In this document: in pieces, positions 19,220 to 27,969 of the stretch
Layout of the letters: every line of letters begins with the position of its first letter
How positions within the stretch are numbered: the stretch's first letter is position 1
NCBI GenBank assembly: GCA_020725555.1
Contig: DYEU01000031.1
Coordinates: 52,761 to 116,760, forward strand
Length of the DNA: 64,000 nt
Reading direction: 5' to 3'
Source of the DNA: Desulfatibacillum sp.
GTDB lineage: Bacteria; Desulfobacterota; Desulfobacteria; Desulfobacterales; SpSt-501
The notes under the pieces: generated by a model
Seen by the model: only the letters and a program-made list of their open reading frames with translations
Told to the model about the DNA's origin: nothing
Database searches by the model: none
Made by a program: the position numbers and the translations under genes

Positions 19220-21752
19220 AGGGCTCTCTCCGGAAGCCGCCGCCCCGGCCGCGGACCCGGCCGCCGCGGACACCGCCTGGGCCTTTGCCGTCGCCCCCGC
19301 CTTCGGCGAGGCGGTGGCGGCGGGGTATGCGGCCCTGAACGGCCGGGCCGGGCGGGAGGCGCGCCTTTGCTTTCACCGCGCCCTGCGGGCGGCCGGCCGG
19401 GAGGGCGCCGCCCCGGGCCGGCTTATCGCCGAGATCCTGCCCCCCGTGCTGCTCTGCGGCGAGGCCGAGGTCCGGCCCGTGTTCTTCCGGGTCTGGGAGG
19501 CGCTCGCCGCGATCGGGTTGCAGGCGCTGCAGGGGCTGCTCTCCGGGCTGCCCCGGCTGCTGTCCGCCGCCGCCGGCAGGCCGGGCCTCGCCGCCCTCGG
19601 CCTCGAGGTGCTCGAGGCCGTCGCCGCCTCGCGGCCGACCCACGAGGAGATCCGGCGCTTCACCCGCACCCTGCCCCCGGCGTTCCTTAGAATCGTCGGC
19701 GAGGGCGATGCGGCGGCCCTCCGGGCCCTGCGGGAGCTCGCCCGGCTGGACCGCCGCCTGCTCGAGCCCTTTCTCGCCGGACGCGAACAGGGCCTCGACC
19801 GGCTCGGCGAGGCGGCGCTTTCCTCCTTCGTGGCCGAGGCGGCCCGCCTGCTGGCGCGCCAGGGCCGGTCGGCCGCCGCCGCCTTTCTCGCCCTCGAGAC
19901 CGAGGCCGCGCGCCGGCACCTGGGCGCCTTCCGGGAGGGCGCCCGGCTGCGCGAGCTGGGGCCGCGGCTTGCCCGCTACCTGCGGGCCCGCCTCGGCCGA
20001 CCGCTCGCCGTGCGCCCGCTCGCGGAGTTCGCGGCGCCGCTGGCCTCCGGCCGCATGGTGGTCTCCGACGGGCGCGCGCTCTACCTCCCGGAGGAGATCG
20101 CCCGCGAGGGAGGCCGGCGGCAAAACGAGGCCTGCTACCGCCTGCTCGCCGGGCTCGAGGCCTCCTTCCACGAGTTCGGCACCTTCGCCTTTCCCGCCCT
20201 CCGGCCGCAAGGTGCCGGGATCAAGGGGTTCCTCGCGGGGTTTCCCGACCCCGCCTTTGCGGGCGAGCTCTTTGGCCTGCTCGAGACCGTGCGCGTCGCC
20301 CGCTGCCTGGCGCAGCGCTACCCGGGACTCGCCGCACGGCTTGCCGCCGCCCTCGCCGCGGAGGAGGAGGCCCTCCCCCCCCGGGCCGAGCCCTCGCTCA
20401 CCGGGCTGCTGCGCCTTCTCGTCGGCGCGGGCGGGGAGGAGAGCGGAGCCGCGGCGAGGGCGGCGGGGATCCTGCGCCCCCTCGCCGACGGGCTCGCGGA
20501 GGACGCCTCCGTCGCCGACACCGCCCTGCAGGTGGAGCGCGCCTACGAGGCGCTCGACCGGCTGCTGGCGGGCGGGGAGGAAGCCCGGCGGCTGTGCACG
20601 CCCTTCGGGTGGCGGCCCTGGCCCCATCCGGGACACGAAACGGAGGCCGGCCCCGGCCGGCGCGGTCGCCGGGGGGTCGCCGGGGGCGCCCCCGGCCTGC
20701 GGCGCGCGCCCACGGCCGAGTCTCGGCCGGGCGGGGCGGAGGGCGGCGCAGGGCCCCCCGGGTCGGCGGAGGCGGCCGCCCGCGGGCACGGCGTGCAGGC
20801 CGGGGCGGAGGAGGACGTGCCCGCCCTGCACGCCGCGGCGGCTGCCGCGGCCGGGGGCAAAGACGCCTTCCGCTACCCCGAGTGGGACGAGGCCCTGGGG
20901 GATTACCTCCCCGACCACGTCACGGTCTACGAGCGGCCCTCGCCCGCCGGCCCGCCCGGCTTCTACGCCGCCGCGCTGGCGCGGCGGGCGGCCCTCGTGC
21001 GCGCGGCGCGGCGCGCCTTCGAGCGCCTGCGGCCCGAGGGGCTGCGGCGCTTGCGGGGGTGGCGCGAGGGGGAGGCGTTCGATTACGGCAGGCTCCTCGA
21101 CTACGCCGTGGACCGCCGGCGCGGCGGGGTCCCCGAGGAGCGGATCTTCGTCAAGCACCTGCCCGACCGGCGCGACGTCGCCGTGCTCCTGCTGGTCGAC
21201 GCCTCGCGCTCGACCGCCGCGGTCGTGCCGGATGCCGGGGCGAGCGTTCTCGCCGTCGAACAGGAGGCGCTCGTGATCCTCTGCGAGGCGCTCGGCGTGC
21301 TCGGCGACGCCTTCGCCGTCGCCGCCTTTTCCGGCTCCGGACGCCGCCACGTCGACTACCGGGTCGTCAAGGGCTTCGACGACCCCTGGGCGGGAGAGGT
21401 TCGCGACCGCATCGGCGGGCTCCTCCCGCAGCGCAACACGCGCCTCGGCGCGGCCCTGCGCCACGCCGGCAGGCGGCTCGGCGAGCAGCCCGCGCGGGTG
21501 CGCCTGCTTGTCCTCTTGAGCGACGGCTTTCCCAACGACGCGGGCTACCGCGCCGAGCGGGCCGTCGCCGACACCCGCCGGGCCCTCACCGAGCTCGCCT
21601 TCCGCGGCATCCGCTTCCATGCGGTCACGGTGAACCACCCGGCCGAGGCGCGGCTCGACCGGCTCTACGGCAGGGCCCGCCACCACGTGATTTCCGACGT
21701 GCGCGCGCTCTCCGGCCGGCTGCTGCGCACCTACCGCGGCCTGACCCGCTGA
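19209..21752 (+). CDS. CbbO/NorD-like protein with a C-terminal von Willebrand factor A domain
   Basis: 847 aa and overlaps the cbbQ-like stop by 11 nt. The C-terminal VWA has the MIDAS motif [10 protein letters not shown]. The long helical N-terminal region is typical of CbbO-size partners. Confidence 0.75.
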   Translation: MSCEGLSPEAAAPAADPAAADTAWAFAVAPAFGEAVAAGYAALNGRAGREARLCFHRALRAAGREGAAPGRLIAEILPPVLLCGEAEVRPVFFRVWEALAAIGLQALQGLLSGLPRLLSAAAGRPGLAALGLEVLEAVAASRPTHEEIRRFTRTLPPAFLRIVGEGDAAALRALRELARLDRRLLEPFLAGREQGLDRLGEAALSSFVAEAARLLARQGRSAAAAFLALETEAARRHLGAFREGARLRELGPRLARYLRARLGRPLAVRPLAEFAAPLASGRMVVSDGRALYLPEEIAREGGRRQNEACYRLLAGLEASFHEFGTFAFPALRPQGAGIKGFLAGFPDPAFAGELFGLLETVRVARCLAQRYPGLAARLAAALAAEEEALPPRAEPSLTGLLRLLVGAGGEESGAAARAAGILRPLADGLAEDASVADTALQVERAYEALDRLLAGGEEARRLCTPFGWRPWPHPGHETEAGPGRRGRRGVAGGAPGLRRAPTAESRPGGAEGGAGPPGSAEAAARGHGVQAGAEEDVPALHAAAAAAAGGKDAFRYPEWDEALGDYLPDHVTVYERPSPAGPPGFYAAALARRAALVRAARRAFERLRPEGLRRLRGWREGEAFDYGRLLDYAVDRRRGGVPEERIFVKHLPDRRDVAVLLLVDASRSTAAVVPDAGASVLAVEQEALVILCEALGVLGDAFAVAAFSGSGRRHVDYRVVKGFDDPWAGEVRDRIGGLLPQRNTRLGAALRHAGRRLGEQPARVRLLVLLSDGFPNDAGYRAERAVADTRRALTELAFRGIRFHAVTVNHPAEARLDRLYGRARHHVISDVRALSGRLLRTYRGLTR

Positions 21753-21816
21753 CCGGGGCGCGGGGCCCCGGGGCCGAAAGCCCGCCCGCGCGCGGCGAAA
21801 CAAGGGGGGGGCGGCG

Positions 21817-22260
21817 ATGCTCGTCTACGAGGGGATCTATCGCTGGGAGGGGTTCGGCGGCCGGCTGCGGCTCCCGCGCGGCTGCTGCCGGCTGCGGATC
21901 TACGACCTCGCCCGGCGGGCACCGGAGGCGGTGGCCCTTCTCCGGCCCATCCTCGTCCTCGTCGCCGACGTCCCGGAGAGCCCCCTGTCGGTGAGAAGCT
22001 GCGCCGGCCACCTGGCGACCTCGATCGCGCGGGATTTCGCGATGGCGCCTTCCCGCATGCTCTATGTCGAGCACGTGCCCGAGAGCCGCTACGGCCGGGA
22101 GGGGGAGCACGTGATCCCCGAGGAGTTCGTGGCGGTCGACTTCACCTGGACGGAGGGCGGGGCGATGCATCCCCGGTGGCGCACGCTCCAGGGGCCTCTC
22201 CTCGAGGCGGTCCGGGATCTGCTCGCGACGGACGCCGGCCCGGGGGGCCCCGGGCCGTGA
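21817..22260 (+). CDS. hypothetical protein
   Basis: 147 aa, starting 64 nt after the VWA gene. ATG is preceded by a G8 tract. Codon third positions are G/C-rich. No family recognised. Confidence 0.5.
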   Translation: MLVYEGIYRWEGFGGRLRLPRGCCRLRIYDLARRAPEAVALLRPILVLVADVPESPLSVRSCAGHLATSIARDFAMAPSRMLYVEHVPESRYGREGEHVIPEEFVAVDFTWTEGGAMHPRWRTLQGPLLEAVRDLLATDAGPGGPGP

Positions 22261-22265
22261 GGGCT

Positions 22266-22895
22266 TCAGCGCAGGGGAAGCACGGTGAAGACGACGCTGC
22301 TCCAGAGGGCATGGGAGACGATCACCGGCGGAAGCCTCCCGCCCCAGGCGTACCAGCCGCCCCAGAAGGCCCCGGCGACGGCCGCGGCGCCGACGAGCAT
22401 GAAGTTCCCCGAAGCCGCGTGCACGGCGGCGTAGAGCGCCCCGGCCGCGGCCCAGCCCCGCAGGCGGCCGAAGCGCTCCATGAGCGCCTCCTGCAAGGTC
22501 CCCCGCCAGAAGATCTCCTCGGCCGGGCCGGTGACCAGGAGCAGCAGCCCGGCGATGACCCAGGCCGGCGTGCCGTCCCCGCGCCGGTAGATGCCCTCGA
22601 TCTGCCCCCCCGCGAAATCGAACACGGCGAGCGAGACCTCGCGCCCGGCCCAGAAGACGGCGTAGAGCAGCGCCGCGCCCGCGGCGCCGGCCAGGAGGTC
22701 GCCCCGCCCGGGAAAAAGCCGCGCGAGCGGCCGCGGCCGCAGGCGCAGCGAGACCGCCGCGAGGAACCCCGCCGCAAGGGAGATCTTCAGCCAGAAGGAG
22801 CCGACGGGCCAGGCGAAGGTCGCCGCCCACAGCAGGAAGGCGATCCCCACGAGGGCCCCCAGGGCGGGGGCGGACGGGCGCGGCTCCCGGCTCAC
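22266..22895 (-). CDS. CPBP family intramembrane metalloprotease (CAAX protease-like)
   Basis: EEIFWRG, YAAVHA and SHALWS motifs in a polytopic protein. The GTG start forms a GTGA overlap with the upstream stop. Confidence 0.75.
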   Translation of the reverse strand: MSREPRPSAPALGALVGIAFLLWAATFAWPVGSFWLKISLAAGFLAAVSLRLRPRPLARLFPGRGDLLAGAAGAALLYAVFWAGREVSLAVFDFAGGQIEGIYRRGDGTPAWVIAGLLLLVTGPAEEIFWRGTLQEALMERFGRLRGWAAAGALYAAVHAASGNFMLVGAAAVAGAFWGGWYAWGGRLPPVIVSHALWSSVVFTVLPLR

Positions 22896-23776
22896 CCGGC
22901 GATCATCGAGGCGACGAGCAGCAGCCCGAAGACGGTGTCCAGGCGCGCGGTCTGCGCGTCGGCGTCGAGGGGCATGTCGGTCGCCATGCGCTTGAGGAGG
23001 CGCAAGCCGATGGGGGCCGAGAGCAGGACGGCGAGCGACAGGCGGGGAAGCGGCCCGGCCACGGCCATGGCCGCGACCGCCGCGTAGGAGAGGACGATGA
23101 GCGCGAGGAAGAGCGACATCCCCCGGCGCGCGCCGAGCAGGATCGGGAGCGTGCGGATCCCCTTGCGGCGGTCGTGCTCCACGTCGCGGAGGTTGTTGGC
23201 GAGGAGCACCAGGGCGACCAGCAGCCCGAAGGGGAGGGAAACGAGGAGCGCCTCGGCGCTGAAGGCCTGTCGCTGGACGTAGTAGGCCCCGCTCACCATG
23301 AGCGGCCCCCACATCAGGAAGACCGAGACCTCCCCGAGGGCGCGGTACTTGTAATGAAACGGCGGGGCCGTGTAGGCGATGCCGGCCGCCGTCCCGGCGA
23401 GGCCGAGCCACAGGACGGCCGGGCCCCGCGCGACGGCGAGGGCGATCCCGATCAGGGCGGCCAAGGCGTAGAGGCCGAAGGCGGCGTTGCGCACCGCCGT
23501 GAGCGAAAGGCGCCGGACGAGCAGCGGGTGCGGGCGGTAGTTTGCGGTGGGCACGGCGGGGTCGTCCACCCCGGAGCGCACGTCGTCGTAGTCGTTGATC
23601 AGGTTGCTCGCCGCGTGCATCAGGACGGCGGCGAGGAGGGTCAGGCCGTAGAGCGGCCAGGAGAAGGCACCGTCGCGCGCGGCGAGCGCCGCCCCCACGG
23701 AGACCGAGATCGCGGTCATCGTGAAGGACCAGGGCCGCGCGGCGAGCAGCCAGTCGAGGGCGGCGGCGGGTGTCAC
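22892..23776 (-). CDS. UbiA-family prenyltransferase (MenA-like)
   Basis: NLINDYDDVRSGVDD Asp-rich motif and about 8 hydrophobic segments. GTG start at 23774-23776 with a GGAGG RBS and a GTGA overlap with the upstream stop. Confidence 0.7.
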   Translation of the reverse strand: MTPAAALDWLLAARPWSFTMTAISVSVGAALAARDGAFSWPLYGLTLLAAVLMHAASNLINDYDDVRSGVDDPAVPTANYRPHPLLVRRLSLTAVRNAAFGLYALAALIGIALAVARGPAVLWLGLAGTAAGIAYTAPPFHYKYRALGEVSVFLMWGPLMVSGAYYVQRQAFSAEALLVSLPFGLLVALVLLANNLRDVEHDRRKGIRTLPILLGARRGMSLFLALIVLSYAAVAAMAVAGPLPRLSLAVLLSAPIGLRLLKRMATDMPLDADAQTARLDTVFGLLLVASMIAG

Positions 23777-24294
23777 GGTGCAGCCTCCGGGGCGCGGGGC
23801 CCCGCGCCGCGGCGGGCCTCCTCGGAGGCGGTCCGGGCGCGCTCGAGCGCCTGCTCGGCCTCGGTGCGCGCGCCCGCGGCGCGCTCCTCCTCGGCGCGGA
23901 TGCGGTATTTGAACTGCTCGCGGCGCGAGGGGGTGTTGCCGAAGCGCTGCCGGGTTTCCAGGGCGCGGCGCTCCTGCTCCTCGGCGCGGCGGATCGCCTC
24001 CCGCGCTGCCTCCTCGGCCTCGCGGGCGCGGCGCTCCCGGGCTTCCGCCGCCTCGCGGCGCTCTTCTTGGCGGCGCTTTTCGAGCCGGCGCAGGCGAAGC
24101 TCCTCGGCCCCCTCCGAGGCCTCGGCCTCGACGACGTCCTGCAGCCGCGCCTCGGCCGGCGGGGGGGCGTCGGTGAGGTGCAGGCGGCCGCGGGCGTCGG
24201 TCCAGGTGTAGACCTTGGTCTGGGCGAAGGCGGAAAGGGCCGCCGCGGCCACGAGGAGACCGGCCAGCCCGAGCGTGCGTGCGGTTTCCGCCAT
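23773..24294 (-). CDS. DUF4124 domain protein with signal peptide and E/R-rich coiled coil
   Basis: KVYTWTDARGRLHLTDAPP follows a signal peptide, then an EERR-rich helix. 173 aa. Confidence 0.7.
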   Translation of the reverse strand: MAETARTLGLAGLLVAAAALSAFAQTKVYTWTDARGRLHLTDAPPPAEARLQDVVEAEASEGAEELRLRRLEKRRQEERREAAEARERRAREAEEAAREAIRRAEEQERRALETRQRFGNTPSRREQFKYRIRAEEERAAGARTEAEQALERARTASEEARRGAGPRAPEAAP

Positions 24295-24333
24295 CTGCGC
24301 CTCCAGCGGATTCAGCGGGGTTTCGATCCGAAA

Positions 24334-24362
24334 AGATTAGCGGGATGAGCTGCAAAAGTCAA
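24334..24362 (-). promoter_or_regulatory. candidate internal promoter for DUF4124-UbiA-CPBP
   Basis: On the minus strand, TTGACT-N17-TAATCT overlaps the helicase stop codon. The -10 element is weak. Confidence 0.3.
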
Positions 24363-26731
24363 TTCGCGAGCGGGCCGCCGCGGGGGTCCCGGCCGGGGGG
24401 GTCGTCCCAGAAGCGCGCCAGTTCCTCGGCGAGCTCGCGCTCGTCGCGCACGGGCCGCGGCTTCCACGCCGGCGGCAGCAGCCGCCGGGTTTTCTCCTCG
24501 GCGTAGCGGCGGTCGAGGAGGAGCAGAACCCCCCGGTCGTCTTCCGAGCGGATGACGCGGCCGGCGGCCTGCAGCACGCGCTGGATGCCCGGGAAGCGGT
24601 AGGCGTAGTCGTAGCCGCTCTCCCCCCGGGCGGCGAAGTGGGCGCGGATGAGCTCGCGTTCGAGGCCGACCGCCGGGAGCCCGACCCCCACGACGGCCGC
24701 GCCGGAGAGCCGCGCGCCGGCGAGATCGATGCCCTCCCCGAAGGCCCCGCCCATCACGGCGAAGCCGACGAGCGTGCCGCCGCCCGGGGCCTCGAAGCGG
24801 GCGAGGAAGGCCTCGCGCTCGGCCTCGCCCATGCCCGGCTCCTGCACGAGGAGGTCGGCCCGCGGGCCTTCGCGGCGGAAGGCCGCGAGCACGAGCCGCA
24901 GGTACTCGTAGGAGGGGAAGAAGAGGAGGTAGTTGCCGCGGCGGCCTTCCACGAAGCGGCGGAGCATCCGGGCCACCTCGCCGCAGGTGCGGGCGCGGTC
25001 GCGGTAGACGGTGGAGACGGTGTCGGCGACGAACACGCCGAAGTGGCGCTCCGGGAACGGGGAGGGCAGCGTCAGGCTCCCCGCGGGGCCGCCCCCGAGC
25101 AGGGAGCGGAAGTAGTCCGGGGGCGAGAGGGTGGCCGAGAAGAAGACGGCCGCGCGGCAGCGGCGCAGGGCCTCGGCCATCGGCCGCGCCGGGTCGACGC
25201 AGAAGAGCTTGACGAGCAGATCCCGGGGCTCGGCCTCCCAGCAGGTGGCGTAGGCCTCGTCGAAGCGCTCGGCGATGCGCAGAAACGCCGCGGCCTCGAA
25301 GTAGCGTTCCTCGAGCTCCCGGCGGTAGGGGGTGCGGCGGTTCTTCTCGAGCCAGCCCTCCGCGGCCGACGCCAAGCCGTCGAGGTGCGCGAGGAGCTCG
25401 GCGGGCGGGTGAGGGTCGGCGACGGCGCCTCCCGCGGCGCGGGCCCGCAGGGCCGCGGGGGCGAGGCAGGCGTCGAGGTCCTCAAGGCGCCGGCGGATCG
25501 CCGGGAGGTCCCCGCCGAGCCGCAGGCCGAGCTCGCGCAAGGGGGACCGGCGCAGCTCGGCCGAGAACATCTCCCGCGAGCGCTCGGCGAGGTTGTGGGC
25601 CTCGTCCACGAGAAAGGCCCAGGGCCCGCCCTCCTCGAGGAAAAACCGGCGCAGAAAGGCCCGGGGGTCGAAGGCGTAGTTGTAGTCGCAGGCCACGAGG
25701 TCGGCCCAGCGGGCCAGGTCGAGCGAGAGCTCGAAGGGGCAGACCCGCTGGGCCCGGGCGGCCTCGGCCACGGCCTCCCGGGTCCAGGCCTCCTCGCGGA
25801 AGAGGGCTTCGCGCGCCGCGGGGAGGCGGTCGTAGTGGCCGGCGGCGAAGCCGCACTCCTCGGGGGTGCAGGCCGCGCCCGGCTGCAGGCAGGCCTTCTC
25901 CCGGGCGGTCAAGGCGAGGTGCTTGAGCCGCAGGCCCCGGCCGCGCAGGGCGGCGAGCGCGCTCTCGGCGGCCAGCCGGCCCGTCGTGCGTGCCGTGAGG
26001 TAGAAGATCTTCTCGCAGGAGCGCTCGGCGAGGGCGCGCACCGCCGGGTAGAGGACCGCGAGCGTCTTGCCGATGCCCGTCGGCGCCTGGATGAAGATCC
26101 GCCCGCCGCGCCGCAGGGCCTCGCGGACGGCACCGATCATCTCCTGCTGCCCCGGCCGGAAGGAGAAAAAGGGGAAGGCGAGCTCTCGGATGGAGGCGTC
26201 ACGCACCGCGGCCCAGGCGCGAAGCGCTTCCGCCCAGCGCAGGTAGCGGCCGACCACCTCGTCGAAGAAGGCCGCAAGTTCCTCCACGTCGTAGAGCCGG
26301 CGCACCGAGCGGGTCGCCCCGCTGTCCGTGCGGGCGTAGGTGAGCTGGACCTCGACGGCCGCGTGGCCGTGGGCGGCGGCGTAGAGAAAGGCGTAGATCC
26401 GCGCCTGGCCCCAGTGCAGCGGGTTTTCCTCGCGCAGGCACTCCCGCAGGGGGCGCCGCGTCGTCTTGATCTCCTCGACCCGCGGGAAGAGCCCGCCGGT
26501 GAAGACCCCGTCGAGCCGCCCGCCGACCCGCAGCCGCAGGCCTTCGCCCTCCACCGTGCGGGCGAGGGCGACCTCGGGGAGGTAGTCCGGGGGCCGCGAG
26601 GCCTGGATCCGCTGGTGCAGGCGCACGGCCTCGGCCGCGGCGGCGGCCCCCGTGAATTCGGCGCGCAGGTCCCCGCGGCGCAGCACGAACTCGACGAGCT
26701 CGCGCACGCCGACGGCGATTTCGGGGCGCAT
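24359..26731 (-). CDS. PD-(D/E)XK (RecB-like) nuclease fused to an XPD/DinG-type Fe-S DNA helicase
   Basis: The N-terminal domain has D...EEIK and QARIY nuclease motifs. The helicase has QAPTGIGKT, four Cys (CLQ, CTPEEC, CPFE), VDEAHNL and C-terminal motifs. The start is trimmed to ATG 26729-26731 and is uncertain. Confidence 0.8.
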   Translation of the reverse strand: MRPEIAVGVRELVEFVLRRGDLRAEFTGAAAAAEAVRLHQRIQASRPPDYLPEVALARTVEGEGLRLRVGGRLDGVFTGGLFPRVEEIKTTRRPLRECLREENPLHWGQARIYAFLYAAAHGHAAVEVQLTYARTDSGATRSVRRLYDVEELAAFFDEVVGRYLRWAEALRAWAAVRDASIRELAFPFFSFRPGQQEMIGAVREALRRGGRIFIQAPTGIGKTLAVLYPAVRALAERSCEKIFYLTARTTGRLAAESALAALRGRGLRLKHLALTAREKACLQPGAACTPEECGFAAGHYDRLPAAREALFREEAWTREAVAEAARAQRVCPFELSLDLARWADLVACDYNYAFDPRAFLRRFFLEEGGPWAFLVDEAHNLAERSREMFSAELRRSPLRELGLRLGGDLPAIRRRLEDLDACLAPAALRARAAGGAVADPHPPAELLAHLDGLASAAEGWLEKNRRTPYRRELEERYFEAAAFLRIAERFDEAYATCWEAEPRDLLVKLFCVDPARPMAEALRRCRAAVFFSATLSPPDYFRSLLGGGPAGSLTLPSPFPERHFGVFVADTVSTVYRDRARTCGEVARMLRRFVEGRRGNYLLFFPSYEYLRLVLAAFRREGPRADLLVQEPGMGEAEREAFLARFEAPGGGTLVGFAVMGGAFGEGIDLAGARLSGAAVVGVGLPAVGLERELIRAHFAARGESGYDYAYRFPGIQRVLQAAGRVIRSEDDRGVLLLLDRRYAEEKTRRLLPPAWKPRPVRDERELAEELARFWDDPPGRDPRGGPLAN

Positions 26732-26804
26732 CTCCGCCGCCGGGAGGTCCGCGGGGCGGGGCCGGGGGTCGGGGGCGGGGGCGGCGGGGGTCACGGCGCT
26801 TCCA

Positions 26805-26820
26805 CGGCGCGGGGTTTGCG
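26805..26820 (+). promoter_or_regulatory. candidate sigma-54 promoter upstream of the activator gene
   Basis: cGGCGC-N5-TTGCg with correct GG/GC spacing (GG 26806-07, GC 26818-19), 83 nt before ATG 26903. One mismatch in the -24 box. Confidence 0.35.
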
Positions 26821-26902
26821 ATCCATCGCAAAACCTGTTATCAGAACTCGGCCGTCTCCGCCAGGCGGAGGCGGCTTTCCCGACCTCGAGGACCCCGTCC
26901 GC

Positions 26903-27934
26903 ATGGCCGAACCCAACCGCTCGACACCCCGGGTCATTCCGCTCGCTGCCGGCGCCGCCATGCCGGGCCTGGTGGCGCAGAGCCCCTCGATGAAGCGCAT
27001 CCTGCGCATCGTGGAGAAGGCCGCCGCCAGCGACACCACGATTCTGCTGAACGGGGAGACCGGGACGGGCAAGGGCGTGCTCGCGCGCCTGATCCACGAG
27101 TGCTCGCCGCGCCGCGGCAGGCCCTTCGTGCCGATCAACTGCGGGGCGACCCCCGAGGGCCTGCTCGAGAGCGAGTTTTTCGGCTACCGCCGCGGCGCCT
27201 TCACGGGCGCCGTCGCCGACACGCCGGGCAAGTTCGAGCTCGCCGACGGCGGGACGGTTTTTCTCGACGAGATCGGGGACATGAGCCCCGAGCTCCAGGT
27301 CAAGGTGCTGCGGGTCCTCGAGGAGGGCGAGTTCGAGCCCGTGGGCGGGCGGGAGACGATCCGCATCAACGTGCGCATCATCGCCGCCACCCACCGCGAC
27401 CTCGAGGAGGAGGTCCAAAAGGGGGCCTTCCGCGAGGACCTCTTCTACCGGCTCCACGTGATTCCCATCGTGCTTCCCCCCCTCCGGGAGCGCCGCAGCG
27501 ACATCCCCTTTCTGGCCGAGCATTTCCTCGAGGAGTCCGCCCGCCGCAACCGGCGGCCGCCGATGCGTCTCTCCGCCGAGGCCCTGGAGGCCCTGGTCCA
27601 CTACCCGTGGTACGGCAACGTCCGCGAGCTGCGCAACCTGATCGAGCGGCTGGTGGTGCTGAAGGAGGGCGATCTCCTCGGCCTGGAGGACCTGCCGGAG
27701 AAGATCCGCGCCGCCCACCCCCTGCGGGAGAGGCGGCGGGCGGCCCTCCCGGCCGTCGAGGGGATATCGCTCCCGGCCGCGGTGCAGGAATTCGAAAAGG
27801 CCCTGATCCGCAGCGCGCTCGAGAAAGCGGGGGGGGTGAAGTACCGGGCGGCGGAGTTGCTCCAGATCAAGCGCACGACCCTCCTCGAGAAGATCAAGCG
27901 CTACCAGCTCGACGGCCTGGTGAACGAATCCTGA
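26903..27934 (+). CDS. sigma-54-dependent transcriptional activator (AAA+ plus Fis-type HTH, no sensory or receiver domain)
   Basis: GETGTGKG, ESEFFGYRRGAFTGA (intact GAFTGA), FLDEIGDM, GNVRELRN and the C-terminal HTH AAELLQIKRTTLLEKIKRY. Only the last 343 aa of track ORF 24638-27934 are real. Confidence 0.85.
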   Translation: MAEPNRSTPRVIPLAAGAAMPGLVAQSPSMKRILRIVEKAAASDTTILLNGETGTGKGVLARLIHECSPRRGRPFVPINCGATPEGLLESEFFGYRRGAFTGAVADTPGKFELADGGTVFLDEIGDMSPELQVKVLRVLEEGEFEPVGGRETIRINVRIIAATHRDLEEEVQKGAFREDLFYRLHVIPIVLPPLRERRSDIPFLAEHFLEESARRNRRPPMRLSAEALEALVHYPWYGNVRELRNLIERLVVLKEGDLLGLEDLPEKIRAAHPLRERRRAALPAVEGISLPAAVQEFEKALIRSALEKAGGVKYRAAELLQIKRTTLLEKIKRYQLDGLVNES

Positions 27935-27969
27935 CCCCGCATCCGGCGGGGCGGCGAAGCGGAAAGGGG

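Noticed and set aside
19161-21803. An 880-aa minus-strand ORF, plus several 100-520-aa off-frame ORFs over the CbbO-like gene.
   Set aside because: They have low-complexity composition. The plus-strand frame carries a clear VWA/MIDAS domain and is overlap-coupled to the cbbQ-like gene.
24638-26902. The N-terminal 755 aa of the 1098-aa plus-strand track ORF 24638-27934.
   Set aside because: It is antisense to the nuclease-helicase gene. The activator homology starts at ATG 26903.
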